Positions 13,045-26,101 are shown, numbered from the stretch's first letter. The stretch is 64,000 nucleotides of DNA from Octopus sinensis (GCF_006345805.1 NC_043008.1:61814001-61878000), one strand, 5' to 3'. The notes: generated from the sequence alone by a model not told the origin. Made by a program: numbers and translations.

Positions 13045-13446
13045 TCTCTCTTTTCTCTTTAACTTGTTTCAGTCATTTGACTGCGTCCATGCTGGAGCAC
13101 CGCCTTTCATCGAGCAACTCGACCCCGGGATTTATTCTTTTGTAAGCCCAGTACTTATTCTATCGGTCTCTTTTGCCGAAACGCTAAGTAACGGGGACAT
13201 AAACACACCAGCATCGGTTGTCAAGCAATGCTAGGGGGACAAACACAGATTAACAAACACACGTATATATATATACATATATACGACGAGCTTCTTTCAG
13301 TTTCCGTCTACCAAATCCACTCACAAGGCTTTGGTCAGCCCGAGGCTATAGTAGAAGACACTTGCCCAAGGTGCCACACAGTGGGACTGAACCCGGAACC
13401 ATGTGGTTGGTAAACAAGCTACTTATCACACAGCCACTCCTACGCC
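13045..13446 (-). mobile_element. SINE family A (about 400-470 bp, internal TA/TG microsatellite)
   Basis: Near full-length match to the other copies at 23679, 26365, 49317 and 59651. It has a tRNA-like head (ggcgtaggagtggctgtgtg) and a tail ending ...atgactgaaacaag. Confidence 0.9.
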
Positions 13447-13654
13447 TAATATGTTAGTCAAAATGCATAACGTGACATCAGTGAACGCAAACAAACAGAA
13501 AAATTATTGAATAACCTACACAGGTGCCTGAATTATTCTATGATATATAAAGAATATTTATTCTTTCAAATACAGAAGAAAATAGAAATAAAAGATTTCA
13601 GATAAATGAGTTGTTACCGGTGGTAGACTTTATTAATTCCGTCCACAATTCTTT

Positions 13655-13760
13655 TCTAGTCAAGGCACAAGGCCCGAAATTTTGGGGAAGGGGCCAGTCG
13701 ATTATATCCAACCCGGCGGAACTCAGAATGTAAAGAAATACCGCTAACGTAAATTTGCAA
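13655..13760 (-). mobile_element. SINE family B fragment
   Basis: Reverse complement contains cgttagcggtatttc...ctgagttccgccggg...ataatcgact, as in family B. Confidence 0.6.
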
Positions 13761-13944
13761 ATTTCTGTTTCATCTATCAAACATACGGTGTTCCTTCGTT
13801 GGCTTCTACAGAAAAGCAAGTTTGTCTTCAGTAGTACACCTCCTGGTGTGTTGAAACATGGAACGTAGTTTCAATAAAATTATGTCTTAATGCTTACAAC
13901 AATGTTTTCATTTCCGAATGTCTACTGACACACTGAAAAGTAAA

Positions 13945-14032
<88 letters not shown>

Positions 14033-14040
14033 ACAGAGAG

Positions 14041-14073
<33 letters not shown>

Positions 14074-14352
14074 TGAATATGGCACTTAAGTTGAGGCACC
14101 AGAATTTAGTATGGTATTATCGATACAATTCCAAAGTAAGTTGATTAAAATAAAAATAAACAACAAGGATTTCCAGAGGTAATGCAGTACTATCGTTTCA
14201 TGCAACTCCAGTTAATTGAACAACAAAGCAGTCATTCTATCAATTTAAAATGCAGAGCAATCCTCAGCTGCACAAAGACATAGAATTTAATTAAATTAGA
14301 ACAGATGGACACATTAGTATAATTATACCTAAACTCGCCAACATTTTAAGGA

Positions 14353-14412
14353 GATAGGCAAAGAACATGCTGCGTTCACACCAGCATAGAAGCAGCATGT
14401 TCTTTGTCTATC
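14353..14412 (+). other. 60-nt hairpin with a 21-bp stem
   Basis: gataggcaaagaacatgctgc pairs with gcagcatgttctttgtctatc. The single non-Watson-Crick position is G:U on the plus strand. Confidence 0.85.
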
Positions 14413-14522
14413 ACAATGCTATGCTATATTCCCTACTTAGGTAAAGTAGCAAACAGGATATAATTAAAATATGGAGTTGCGTGGATGCTCATACATACTG
14501 TTACAATTTCTATCCTGTGTCA

Positions 14523-14565
<43 letters not shown>

Positions 14566-14886
14566 ATATATATGTAAAATGTCTGGCCGTTTGACTTACA
14601 GGGACAGTTTGTCATTATGTGCAATAATAAAAATTTTGTCTTAAATGTTCGTGTGTGCTGTTCAGTTACCTCTACACTCAGCCTAAGACATATCTTTTCA
14701 TTCATCAACTCAAACAGTCACAACAACAAACCACCCCAATAAACTCAGGCCACGAAAATAGCATCTGGTAACCAATAACCAATTAAGAACCTTGGAAAGA
14801 ATGTTATAAGCTTATTAACCAGTGAATATTATACTCACACACATACAAATACACACGCACATACAGGCACACACACACACACACAT

Positions 14887-14938
<52 letters not shown>

Positions 14939-16944
14939 TATATAAATATATATACAGGCACACATCTACAATAAGCTACACGCGATCTGAATAGAGTATG
15001 TATAGATGTTCTTACTCAAATGTAGTCTAGAGAGGGTTCAATATAAATTTTGTCCGGCCTTTACAAATAATCAGAAATATTTCCGGGCTGCAAAATAGAT
15101 CTCTGACGAAACATCTCTAACAAAACATGTCAGAGACTCATAATTAAATAACATTTCAAAAAAGTAAGTAACATAAATATGAAATTTTTCCGTCGAAGAA
15201 AAGTTGTCTCGAAGCAATTTTGTCGCCTCACACAAGACCGTTAGAATAATTTCCGGTATGGCCAAGGAGGGAAGCAATCGGTCTCATGGCGTTAGATTCA
15301 AAATAGCTCGAATTCAAACGTGTGATAAATCGAAAGAATTAATCAGGGTTGAAAGAAATGTTAAAGTTTACGAATAGCCGCTTAAAATCTTTCATCAAAA
15401 AGAAAGTTCTAGGGGTCAATATGCATAAAATATAACCATATATACATTCACGCAGACAACACAACACCCACCCACACAATATTTATATGTATATGAATGG
15501 ATAAACCAACTCACAGACATTCAGACACACACATAGATACACATACCAACAGACACACACACACACACCCAATGTACATATGACTATACTTTCAGTCAGT
15601 CAATATACATCATAAATAATCTGTTAATGTTCATTTGTCAATGTGCAAAAGATAAATTATGTAAATCCCTTTAGGATATATATATATGTGTGATCTAAGC
15701 TTATTTGAACCAAAATGTTGTATTTGCAACATTGTTCTAAAAATCAATTTGTGGTCGTAATCCTTCAAAGAGCATTCTGGTTATAACAGGAATATTATGT
15801 ACGAACAGGACTGAATCATTTTCTTACATGTAGATGATTAATGTATATGTTATATGCTGTGATCATTAAGTCTGCGTATCAACCGATAACTACACTATGT
15901 CTGAAACGGCATGCATTTAACCGTGCCAAATTTGATGAAAATCAACACGCGTTTTCACTATATATTTTATAATACAAAGTTATATTAATACAAATTTCAA
16001 AATGGATTTGTGCAGGTAACTGATTATTTCATAATGGCTATGCTGTTTTAGATAACGTTCTATAATTTTGACAGTAACTCTAGTTCTTTGGACTGAAGCA
16101 TATTTATCATTCGCATTATTCTCAAAATCATATTAATTCATAAAGTGTAATAACTTACACCCTTTCTTCTATCATCTCTGTTATGTACCAATGTCTTATC
16201 ACTACTACACACCACATGTCCACTACGCAGATATCCAGCTCTCAAACAAATCTTCCATTAAATCAGATGATTGGAAGCAGCCACTCTAGTTCTATGGAAA
16301 CTGTTTGTAGTAGTATATCAATTTCATCGTGCTCTTGAAAAATAAATCTCTGTTGATAATATCCTCCATTTTACTTAACAGAAAGAGAATGCTGCATGGT
16401 TATACATGCATGTGATCTAAGTTATTTCAGCTCTATTCTATAACAACAATTCTAAAAAGTTCATGGGAATCGCATTGCTAAAAGGGGTCCTTCGATTTCC
16501 ATATAAATTTTACATAGATTCTTTAGAACAGAGAGTAACTGAGCTTCACTGAAATATGTGTAGGTTAATTACATCCAGCACGCAATCTTTCATTGTCCAT
16601 GACTTGCCAAGCATTAGATTTATGGTGAACAACAGTCCACACGTGCAAGATGCATGTGATTATCCTCCATGTCGACCATGTAGATCAATCTTTGTCATCA
16701 TCTGGCATAGAAGAGGGTACATTCCTTATTTGTATGGCGATTATGGTGGCGAAATTTGTATGATGGATGCAGTTTCTCAGTTGATACACGAGGGAAGAAT
16801 ATCAGTGTAAAGAATGGTAAGCACTTCGCTCAATCTTACGAAGTGTAAATGTGAGTTTAAAAAATTGCGTCTGTGTAGAGGAGTACATTGATATTTCTTG
16901 TTTGGCTGGCGACAAAATCTTGGAGTAGCCATATGCTTTTGTCG

Positions 16945-17565
16945 TAATAGACAGTATATTACGTAGGATGTGAGCAGTTCCCATGAGCACTATTTTTTAA
17001 ATTTCTGCCACTTTTGGATTTCCTGGTATCCGAGCGAAGTAGCAATAAGCTCCTTTAGCTATCATTCCTAAGGTACCAATGACATGTATTGTTTTAGTGT
17101 TGAGGTTCCATATTTTGCCAATTTCTTTGTACTTTATACTTGTCAGTTTTGGTAGGTCTTGACAGATACATTTATGTCGACTGGGACAGTCATATCGATG
17201 AGGAGGCAAGATTTTTGTCTGAAGTGTTCAATATAATGTCTGGCCTATTCGTATCTATCTTTCTGTCAGTTTGAACGGTAAAGTTCCAGTGGAATGAGAT
17301 GTGGTCATTTTCAAGCATTGGAGGCGATTTGTGTTCCCACCAGTTTTTATCATGCGGCGGGTCCAAGTTTTTGCAAATTACCAAGTGAATATACTGTGTT
17401 GTTTTATTATGCCTGTTGAAATTTTCTGTAGTGCAAGAAGGCTGCACGTAGAAACAACATTATAGATGTTATCATTTTATTGCTTACGTACAGGTCGTGT
17501 TGGGCTATGGTTGTATGTCTTATATATAGTAGCCTGGTAGCTCCTTGTAGGCAGACATTGATCGT
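16945..17565 (-). mobile_element. R4/Dong-clade non-LTR retrotransposon 3' remnant (zinc knuckle plus restriction-like endonuclease)
   Basis: Frames read DQCLP..., RHNKTTQYIHLVICKNL...WWEHK...HWNFTVQTDRKIDTNRPDII, SIKYKEIGKIWNLNTKTIHVIGTLGMI and MGTAHILRNILS. This is the RHN...W, PD...(D/E)xK architecture of RLE elements; it is frameshifted. Confidence 0.8.
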
Positions 17566-17573
17566 AAGTTTCT

Positions 17574-17810
<237 letters not shown>

Positions 17811-18954
17811 TAGTGAATCCTATCTCAATATTCCTTTACAGGAAGTTACATTTCCAAGTTAAAAATGTAATTTAGTCTCTGCTTCCATAGGAATATATGG
17901 GAAGCAAAATATGTCTACCCTTGTAAAGCAATGCTGGAAGATGGCGAATGCAAGATCAAACACTAACATCGTAATGCAGATGAAATTATACATTATTCAT
18001 ATGCATAAAAAAAAGAAAATCACAGATTATATATTAAAATGACAATACGAAATTTAAATATTCCCCACTAACATAAGAAAAAAGATCAACAGTAATCCTG
18101 TTAAACAATAAATAAAAAGACTACGAATGAATATATAACACAATACAGAAAATCATCTGTAAACATAATAGCTGTAAACCTTGGGAATATTTTACATCGG
18201 ACACACAATTACCACACTTTCGTTTATGAGTTCTATCATGCGAAATATTATACATTCCGTTCTTTTTTCCTGTAATGGTTATAGTTATCTTTTTACCACA
18301 TTCAATTAATTCACAAAAAGGGCTGTTGTTATTTTCCGTTTGTTATATAATCAATTTTTAAAAGCTTGCCAGATTGCATTTCATTTTGAACATCCGTTCT
18401 GCTAGTTCTTTTTTATAGCTTTTTATCCGTCCAAATATTACTGATTTATGTGGGTAATTATATCCATATGCATCTTATATCATTTAGAATATTAACCTGC
18501 TCTCATTGTAAAAATTCATCATAGGTTTATGACACCACAAAATTCAATCTCATTAATACGTAGTTGTTCTGATTAAAATTGTTGCCTATTTTATGCACGG
18601 TGTATTTAGGGAAACAAAAAATATTTGATGAAATATAAAGAAAATACTCTTTGATAAGAAACCATTTTGCAGAAGTTATATTTCTATATTATTTTTACTA
18701 TTTTATGCAAAGCATTACGTATATTACATTTTCCGAAAACTATTCCCTGAAATGTTTAATGCTTCCTCTGAAAATTATATGTAGAAAGCACTTATATATT
18801 ATCTGAAATAAGTTACGGGTTTTCATAATCAATAATACTTTATAATTTATTAGGGGACAATGACGGTCAGGTAAACATTTGTGTTTGAGCAGGTTGCAAA
18901 AGCAAATGATATATATATATATATATAACAATCCAAGGATTCTAGTGCTCTTAG

Positions 18955-19135
18955 TTTAGGTTTTCCTTGGGGTTGGCCAGATTGGAGCAATCTCGAGTAT
19001 AACCAGCCAAAATTGCAAAGATAATCTGGAACTGGACTGAAGAAAGAAAACTCTGAACGACCAGTCCTTGTTTTCTTTGTATAGTCTGTCTGGATGTTTT
19101 GCGTTCTTGTCCCGTTTTTGTATTATATAGAAGGT
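18955..19135 (+). mobile_element. Dispersed repeat (paralog of 53220-53470) carrying an HHR-like motif
   Basis: Shares ttttcc(t)tgggg(t/c)tggccagat(t/c)ggagcaatctc...agccaaaattgc(a/g)aagat...gactgaaga with 53300-53420. Confidence 0.7.
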
Positions 19136-19189
19136 TATGGTGACTATTTTGGTGGTGAAACATTGCCATGAAAATGTCAACATGAAAGA

Positions 19190-19585
19190 TAAACTGCTAC
19201 TCCTCCGTCACAAACTGGCCATTTTTCATGACAATGCTCGACCACACGTTTCACTAATGACGCTACGGAATTTCAGGGAACTTGTCTATGAAGTTATTCC
19301 CTATCCATCGTATTCCCAAGACGTTTCTCCTACCGACTACCACTTTTTCAAGCAACTTGATAGATTCCTGCGAGAGAAGGAGTTCAAACATCAAACCGAA
19401 GCTGAAAGAGTTCTAGAACTACAGATTTTCTTTTGTCACCGGAATAAACAAGCTTGTAACTCGTTGGCAAAAGTGTCTTAATTGAAATGGTACTTAATTT
19501 AATAAATACAATTTCCGCATTTTTCCAAATATACTGTGATGACCTTCATGTTTCAAAACGTTGCTTACATTTTACTCAACCTCAC
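19190..19585 (+). mobile_element. Mariner (DD34D) transposase C-terminal remnant with decayed terminal inverted repeat
   Basis: Reads IFHDNARPHVS...YEVIPYPSYSQDVSPTDYHFFKQLDRFL, matching the mariner HDNARPH and YSPDLAPxDY motifs. It is frameshifted downstream. Confidence 0.9.
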
Positions 19586-19602
19586 ACACACCACATACAC
19601 AT

Positions 19603-19638
<36 letters not shown>

Positions 19639-19661
19639 ACATATGTATATATATATATATA

Positions 19662-20029
19662 CTAGCAGTATCACCCGGCGTTGCTCGGGTTTGTAAGGGA
19701 AATAACTATAAAGCATTTTTAGAGAGTTATAGCCAAAAAATGGAAACAAATTATGGTAAATTTTTTTTAGTTAAAAAGGTCGAGTTGCGTCCCCTAGACA
19801 GTCTGTGGTTTGTGTTCCTGATTCTCGACCCCATGTCGAATTTATCGATTTTTTCAGAACTGGGGGAACTTTTCAAAATTTTCGCTGCGTTAGGTTTGAA
19901 TTATGACATTGGGCTATGTGTGTGTCAAGTTTCATCAGAAACGGTTGAAAGCCGTAGTCAGGGTGAGGGTACAACCTAACAGACACACAGAAACACACAG
20001 AGACAAACTGCCGTTTATATATAGAGAGA
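19662..20029 (-). mobile_element. Complete non-autonomous Helitron (368 bp)
   Basis: Minus strand: 5' A|TCTCTCTATATATAAA, subterminal hairpin cccgagcaacgccggg, and 3' CTAG|T. It is inserted at an AT dinucleotide with no target-site duplication. Confidence 0.9.
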
Positions 20030-20030
20030 T

Positions 20031-20093
20031 ACGACGGTGTTTTTCAGTTTTCGTCTACAAAATCCACTCACAAAACTTTGGCCAATCCGAGAG
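20031..20093 (-). mobile_element. SINE family A fragment interrupted by the Helitron
   Basis: acgacgg...ttcagttttcgtctacaaaatccactcacaa matches the segment next to the internal microsatellite of family A. Confidence 0.7.
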
Positions 20094-23000
20094 TGTTGTT
20101 TCCTGTGCTACGCCATGACACTATGATTAGAACTATGTGTTTGGGAACACACATATACATGGATTCAAAGGTACAGAGAAGTATGCATTATTTAATCGGC
20201 TCAGGCATGTTTTCGGATAGATTGCCAAATTCCAAAATTCTGCGATGCATTAAATGTACATGTCAATTGATTCCGTCTTTTCTCAATTAAAATTCTACCG
20301 AGAGAGAGAGAGAGAGAGCACGAGAAATTTAATTGAGTTCTATATCTATAAAAACTATACGACACAGTTTCAAACAGAAAATATTTTAAGGGAGAAAGCG
20401 AACAGTAGAACTGACAATATTTAATTAGCATAAACATAGGAAGGTTTTTAAGCAGGCGCCCTAAATGGTTGTATTCATCACATGATAGAATTGTACCAAG
20501 ATAGTTTATACAATCTCACCCATGAGCTTGAAGAATATTTCTGGCAAAATCCTTGCCTCATTTAAGCTATTACTGACCATTTGAAATATGTAGTTCAGAT
20601 ATGTAAAACAAAGCTAACCAAAAGATAATTTATTTCGTTTATGATGAAAATGTTGATTGATCAGCGTTTATTCTAAATTAAAACTATGAGTAGAAACAGT
20701 CAGGTTTAGTTAATTAGAATTCTGATCGGGCTACTCTATTTAACGAAAGTTTATTTTCCTTGAACGAATAAATGTCTAAAAATTAAATTAAATCTAACAT
20801 GAGTATGATAAATTAACATAAATACAACATCAAAAATATACTTAATAAGAAAATTTAAGATGTTTTATTTCTAAAATAATTAAAAATAATTAAGCTATCT
20901 AATTACAGAACTCTTGAAAAATAAAATACTGATAACCACAAAAACAACAACAATGATAGTAAAAGTAATATTTAGAACATTAAGATAATGTATTTACTAA
21001 ATGAAAATAGGTATGTTACATGTAGTAATTATAACGGACCAGGTAAGGATGACCCAATCTATTGCATTAAGGTACACAAATCAGTGTATCTTAATAAAAT
21101 AGGTATTAATGCAGGATTGCATTAAGGTACACTAAAGAAAGCTTTAAAGAGCCTTCTAAGCGAATGTGTACTTGCTAATACTAATGAAATTTTTTGGTTA
21201 ATATGTTAGATTTGGAAGTAAGTATATGAAGTGCCTCCTGGAGAAATAACTTGTATTTTAGTGTCACTTCATTATATAGAGGTGCACTACCTTTTATAGA
21301 CTACTTATCGTACCTAATATTCCTCGCTTAGAGGCTCGAGACATTTACATAAAGAAGTGAAGTTTTATCCTAAATTTAATCGAAGAAATTTCAATCTATA
21401 ATATAGATATAAATCCGATGCGCAAGTACATATTTAACAGTACGTACATTCACCTGTTGTTACTCAACATTTATAAACTACGTATTGCCTTAAGAATTGG
21501 TTAGCTAAGGGACATTTTAGACTATTTTTACAATTACATAATCAGTTAAACCTATAATTAAAAGATTGTTTATTTCTTCCGCAATTATTCTCATTCTGAT
21601 TCTTGTCAACATTAGGTTTGAACTTGGAATCTTCTAATTATATCAATCAAAACTAATAATAATAATACTAAGGCATACTTTAACTGGAGGAACAATAACT
21701 AAAGTTGTAGTGTTGATAGAAAAGGTACCCTTCAAGTGCGTATCATTCCACTCAGCTACTCCATTCTTTTTCATCCCTTATCTTGTTCCGCGTATATGAC
21801 AGAGTTTATCTTAATTCATACTCACTTCTGCAAACAAACAAACATAGTTACACGCATACATGCCAGCGAACAGACATACATATATAAAAGAACGCTCACG
21901 CCAATTGAAATCAATGTGCATAAGAGCTTAAGTGATATACGTGGATAAGCGCTTGATATGGTATTGTGCTACAAATATCTACAAAAATCTGAATCAGATT
22001 CATGTATTTAGCGTATTTAGTATAAAGAGATGTGCAGCATAATGGTTTGTGGCTCTCACGCTAGTCAATATGCTGCAATCTTCTCTTGAAGTAAGATAGC
22101 TTTCTGTAATTCCCTTCTAACATATTCCTTTCATAGGATACGGCCGTCGTTTAGCAAGTATTCACGGAGAGCTTTAAACGTGTCGATGTATATGATAGGC
22201 TTTTGAAAACAATGAGCACCAGCACTGCTTTCAAGGCAAAGGGAAAAAATATTTCCCAATGTCCTTAATGCTTTATGCTAGTAGGGTGCGATCTAATGGA
22301 TAAGATAGTCTTGCTATTTCTAGCAGATAAAGGGAACTTATAGATAATTCTCCTCTTTGAAGCAATAACGATTCTGTTGATCACAAACAATTTGCTTAGC
22401 CATAGCAGATGTACAGAGAATCAGATAAAAAAAAAAGCACCAACACTAGAACTATTGCACATTCTATTAATATGAGTTCGAGAACAAAGTATAACTCTTG
22501 AATTTTATCTGGAATCTACCATACAAAACGATACTGAGCAAGTATTTGCAATTATGATTCTATATCGATATCTAATATATAGAAAAGAGGATTGAGACAG
22601 TGATAAACACACTAAGATCTAACCAAATTACTGTATATTCTTGAAACCGTCGCAACATATCCAAATTACTTCTAGTGAACTTAAAAGAAAACTATAACGA
22701 TGTGACCAATTGTATAGTCATAATTTCTGCCACCAGCTTTATATATGTGTCATATTTTACACACAAACAATTTTTCCTGTTATTCCTTCAAGAACGATAA
22801 AATAGAATACCAATCAATTACAGAGGGTGATGGCATTGACTAACACTCTGTCCTTATAATTGCTAAACTTGTGTCTAAATCAGAAGCCATAATATTTTAT
22901 ATACGTTGAATATGAGTGAATGAATTTTCTACATATTCGTAGATAAAATTAAATTATCACATCAAGCACTTATTCACTGATTATTATATTAATGTTTATC

Positions 23001-23678
23001 TGTGTCCTCTGTATATATATTTGTAAATATGTATTCATGCATGCTTGTTTTATGTATGTGTATTATTATTCAGTTATATTTCGAGGTTTCTTGCCAATGG
23101 AGAAGAAATCGGTTACTAACTTAGATCCAAAGCTCCATCAATGGAATTTCTACAGCATGGGCAGAGTATTTGTGCATATTTGTGTTTATATTGCCGGTAT
23201 TTGGAGTTGCAGCATGTGCAAATTCCATTGTCATGCATATAGTTGCATTTCTAGGCATGTGTATAGATTTAAATGGTAAATGTCTGAAAAGTTTTACAAA
23301 TTTTGACAGCTCATGTCCTGCTTTGCAGTAGTAAAGAGGGCATATAAACAGGCGTTATTCTATCTGAATTAGGGTTCATTACATTGGGGTAAAGATCCCT
23401 CTTATATTTTATTAAGAGCTTTTAATCTTCTGTTTGTTGGTCTTTCGTATACTTTGGTAGAGTATATTCTTTCTACGAGAGAGCACATCAAAGTCAAAGT
23501 TGCTTTTACTTGAACATATTTTAAAGGGCATATTTTTAACGATATGTAACTCAAACCGCTACTACAACGACCGATGCTTGTCGTAGAAGACGGGCACGGC
23601 AGGCAATATGGTATCTGTAAGAAGGTCACTAACTGTACAAAAATGAGGTATTCAAATAATGTTTGCATTTTGCTCATT

Positions 23679-23936
23679 CTTTTACTCTTTTACTCTTCTA
23701 TTTGTTTCAGTCATTTGGAGCACCGCCTTTCGTCGAGCAATTCAACCTCAGGACTTATTTTTTTAAAGCCCAGTACTTATTCTATCCATCTCTTTTGCCG
23801 AACAGCTAAATTAAGAGGACGTCAACACGCCAGCATCGGTTGTCAAGAGATGTCGGGAGACAGACACAGAGACACTCACACACACACTCACACACACACA
23901 CACACAACACACACACACACACATACACATACACAT

Positions 23937-23977
<41 letters not shown>

Positions 23978-24148
23978 CATAGATTCGACAGGCTTCTTTC
24001 AGTTTCCATCTGTCAGATCCGCTCACAAGGCTTTGGTCGGCCCGAGGCTATAATAGAAGACACTTGCCCAAGTTGCCACGCAGTGGGATTGAAACCGGAA
24101 CCATGTGGTTGGTAAGCAAGCTACTTAACACACAGCCACTCCTGCGCC
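23679..24148 (-). mobile_element. SINE family A, full length
   Basis: Head ggcgcaggagtggctgtgtg, expanded internal (TA)/(TG) tract, and an (agtaaaag)n tail. Confidence 0.9.
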
Positions 24149-24997
24149 TATTGATAAGGAAGTTAATTTCAGACTAATTTTGAATAAATTTACACTCACT
24201 AACTTCTTATATTCAACAAAATATGTTTCGTAGTAAAATATTTTAGTTCTGGATGCAGATCGTCCCAGTATGTCTTTAATCTATTCATTCATCCAGCAGT
24301 GGAGTTTTTACAACAAATAAATACCCTCAATCAGTCCAGAACTACAAGAAAATTGTGTTTTGTAGTTAGGGTTTCTTCTATAAGTACTGCTACAACGAAT
24401 CTGTTTTTCTTTAGCTATGTTGTTTTTGTTCTGTTCTTTAAGTGTGTTTTTGTTGTTGATATTGAGACCAGCGATCATGCTTGTAGTAACTATCTACCTT
24501 GTAAAGTCAAGTTTCGGTCGAAAATCAATGCGATCTTGAATCAAAGACTCTCTCAATGAATTCACTTAAAAATTGGCTACGTATTTAACAAGCCTTATAG
24601 TTGTGACTTCAAAGTCCGATAGCGTATTCATTGTATTCTCGATAACTAATTTTCCACGCCAAATATACGCCTTGTCGCCTCGCATGAATGTACGTATGTA
24701 TGTATGTACTTCATTATTCAGTTTTGTTTCAAGTTTTTTTGCCAATAAAGAAAGAGCTGGTTACTATGCTACATCCAAGGTTCCTTCATTGGAATTTCAA
24801 CATCAACAGGGTATTTATAAACATATATGTTTACAAGAAAATGTAGGGATAAGCAAGTTACACAGGTCAATATATAAAGTATATTAAATACATGAAAAGA
24901 AATAAAAATGTATATATGTTTATATTCGGTAAGTCTGTCTTACACAGAACAGAAAAGATATCCAAAAATAAGTGAGTAGAAGAAAAGTATTACAACT

Positions 24998-25086
24998 CCA
25001 ACGGCTGTTTCTGGGAGCTCGGTGGTCTAAATTAATACTTGCAAATTGATTCCATCGTCGGGTGAGTAGAGCCTCCGTCTTCAAGG
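24998..25086 (-). ncRNA. Type I hammerhead-like motif with a C3U core variant (inverted partner)
   Basis: Minus strand reads CC-UUGAAGA-[CGGAGGCUC...GAGCUCCCA]-GAAA-C AGCC G-UU-GG. Stem II pairs at 7 of 9 positions; stem I has only 2 bp. Confidence 0.45.
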
Positions 25087-25165
25087 CCCTTACATTTGAG
25101 GTGCAGAGAGAAAGAAGTTCATACAAGTTCAAAGTTTCTTTCAACACCTCAAATGTAAGATCACT

Positions 25166-25256
25166 TCCTTGAAGACGGAGGCTGGTCTCATCCGACGAAG
25201 AAATCAATCTATAAACATTATTTTGGACCATCAAGCCGTCGGAAACAGCTGTTGGA
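25166..25256 (+). ncRNA. Type I hammerhead-like motif with a C3U core variant
   Basis: Reads UCC-UUGAAGA-[CGGAGGCUGGUC...GACCAUCAAGCCGUCG]-GAAA-C AGCU G-UU-GGA. Stem I is UCC/GGA, stem II is long, stem III is palindromic (ACAGCUGU), and the site is GUU at 25253. Confidence 0.55.
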
Positions 25257-25296
25257 TTTGTAATACTTTTCTGTAATCCCTTTAATTCTCGAAATC

Positions 25297-25470
25297 CTTC
25301 CTATTCTGTGTAAGTCGGAACTTTTCGTATACATATACAAATACAGATTTTTGTATTTCATGAATTTAATATACTTTCTATTTTGATCAGTTTAACTTGC
25401 TTATCCCTATATATTCTTATATACCTGCTCAAGTTTAAATCACTTGAGCACTACTAAGTGTATTCTACAC
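25297..25470 (+). repeat. Diverged duplicate of 29353-29470
   Basis: ctattctgtgtaagtc, tttttgtatt, taatatactt and acttgcttatcccta are colinear in both copies, each upstream of a palindrome copy. Confidence 0.8.
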
Positions 25471-25551
25471 GGAGAACATCTGATTCTTACCTATGCACTA
25501 TATAATATTTATATATAAATACACAGAAAGAGCGGTTGATAGACAAATAGC

Positions 25552-25587
<36 letters not shown>

Positions 25588-25826
25588 GAGAGAGAAGAAT
25601 AGGATATGTAGATATGTAGGTAGTAATTTTTCCAACGAGAAAAATACCATAGAAGACGATACGTAGTATTTATCTTTCTTTATATTAAATGTTTGGCTCG
25701 GGATCATATTTCATATAGTTTCATTACGGTATAACACACTTGAACATTTGAAAGTGTGTTAATACATACGAACTCGTAGATACAATGATACATACACATA
25801 TGCATACATAACATATATATAAATAT

Positions 25827-26032
25827 AAGCAAAGTAACTAGTTAGAAAAATCTCTATAAAAGATGAAAGTAGTAACCATACTAAGAAGTAATATTTATCG
25901 CCACATCAATATGTCTGTTCGAAGTTACTACTGTTTTAACCCAAGCCATATTGATGTGGCGATAAATGTTACTTCTTAGTACAGTTACAACTTCATCTCT
26001 TATTGAGATTTTTCTAACTAGTTACTTTGCTT
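25827..26032. repeat. 206-bp near-perfect palindrome (fold-back head of an HHR-bearing unit)
   Basis: Arms of about 86 bp (25827-25913 and 25947-26032). A second copy lies at 29497-29702. Confidence 0.95.
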
Positions 26033-26101
26033 GTTAAAAAAACCGTGACTGATGGCGGCTTATTTTGTATATATTGCGAGGTGGATTAAATCTCTGCTCT
26101 T

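Larger units (their letters stand above)
24981..25272. repeat. 292-bp inverted repeat (rod-like) whose arms each encode a hammerhead-like fold on opposite strands
   Basis: Arms are 24981-25103 and 25145-25272. By hand alignment, 83 of 104 positions are identical with no indels, and an inner 15-mer (cttacatttgaggtg) is identical. Confidence 0.9.

Noticed and set aside
15100-15148. CTCTGAC-GAAACAT...ATGTC-AGAG hairpin with overlapping HHR-like words
   Set aside because: CUGACGA and GAAAC overlap, so there is no stem II; this is just a small hairpin.
16556-16810. 84-aa non-repetitive ORF
   Set aside because: No recognisable motif or splice context; ORFs of this length are expected by chance.
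23402-23677. 91-aa minus-strand ORF with a CpG-rich core
   Set aside because: No recognisable domain; it starts in the SINE tail, and its splice-like sites do not connect to other exons.
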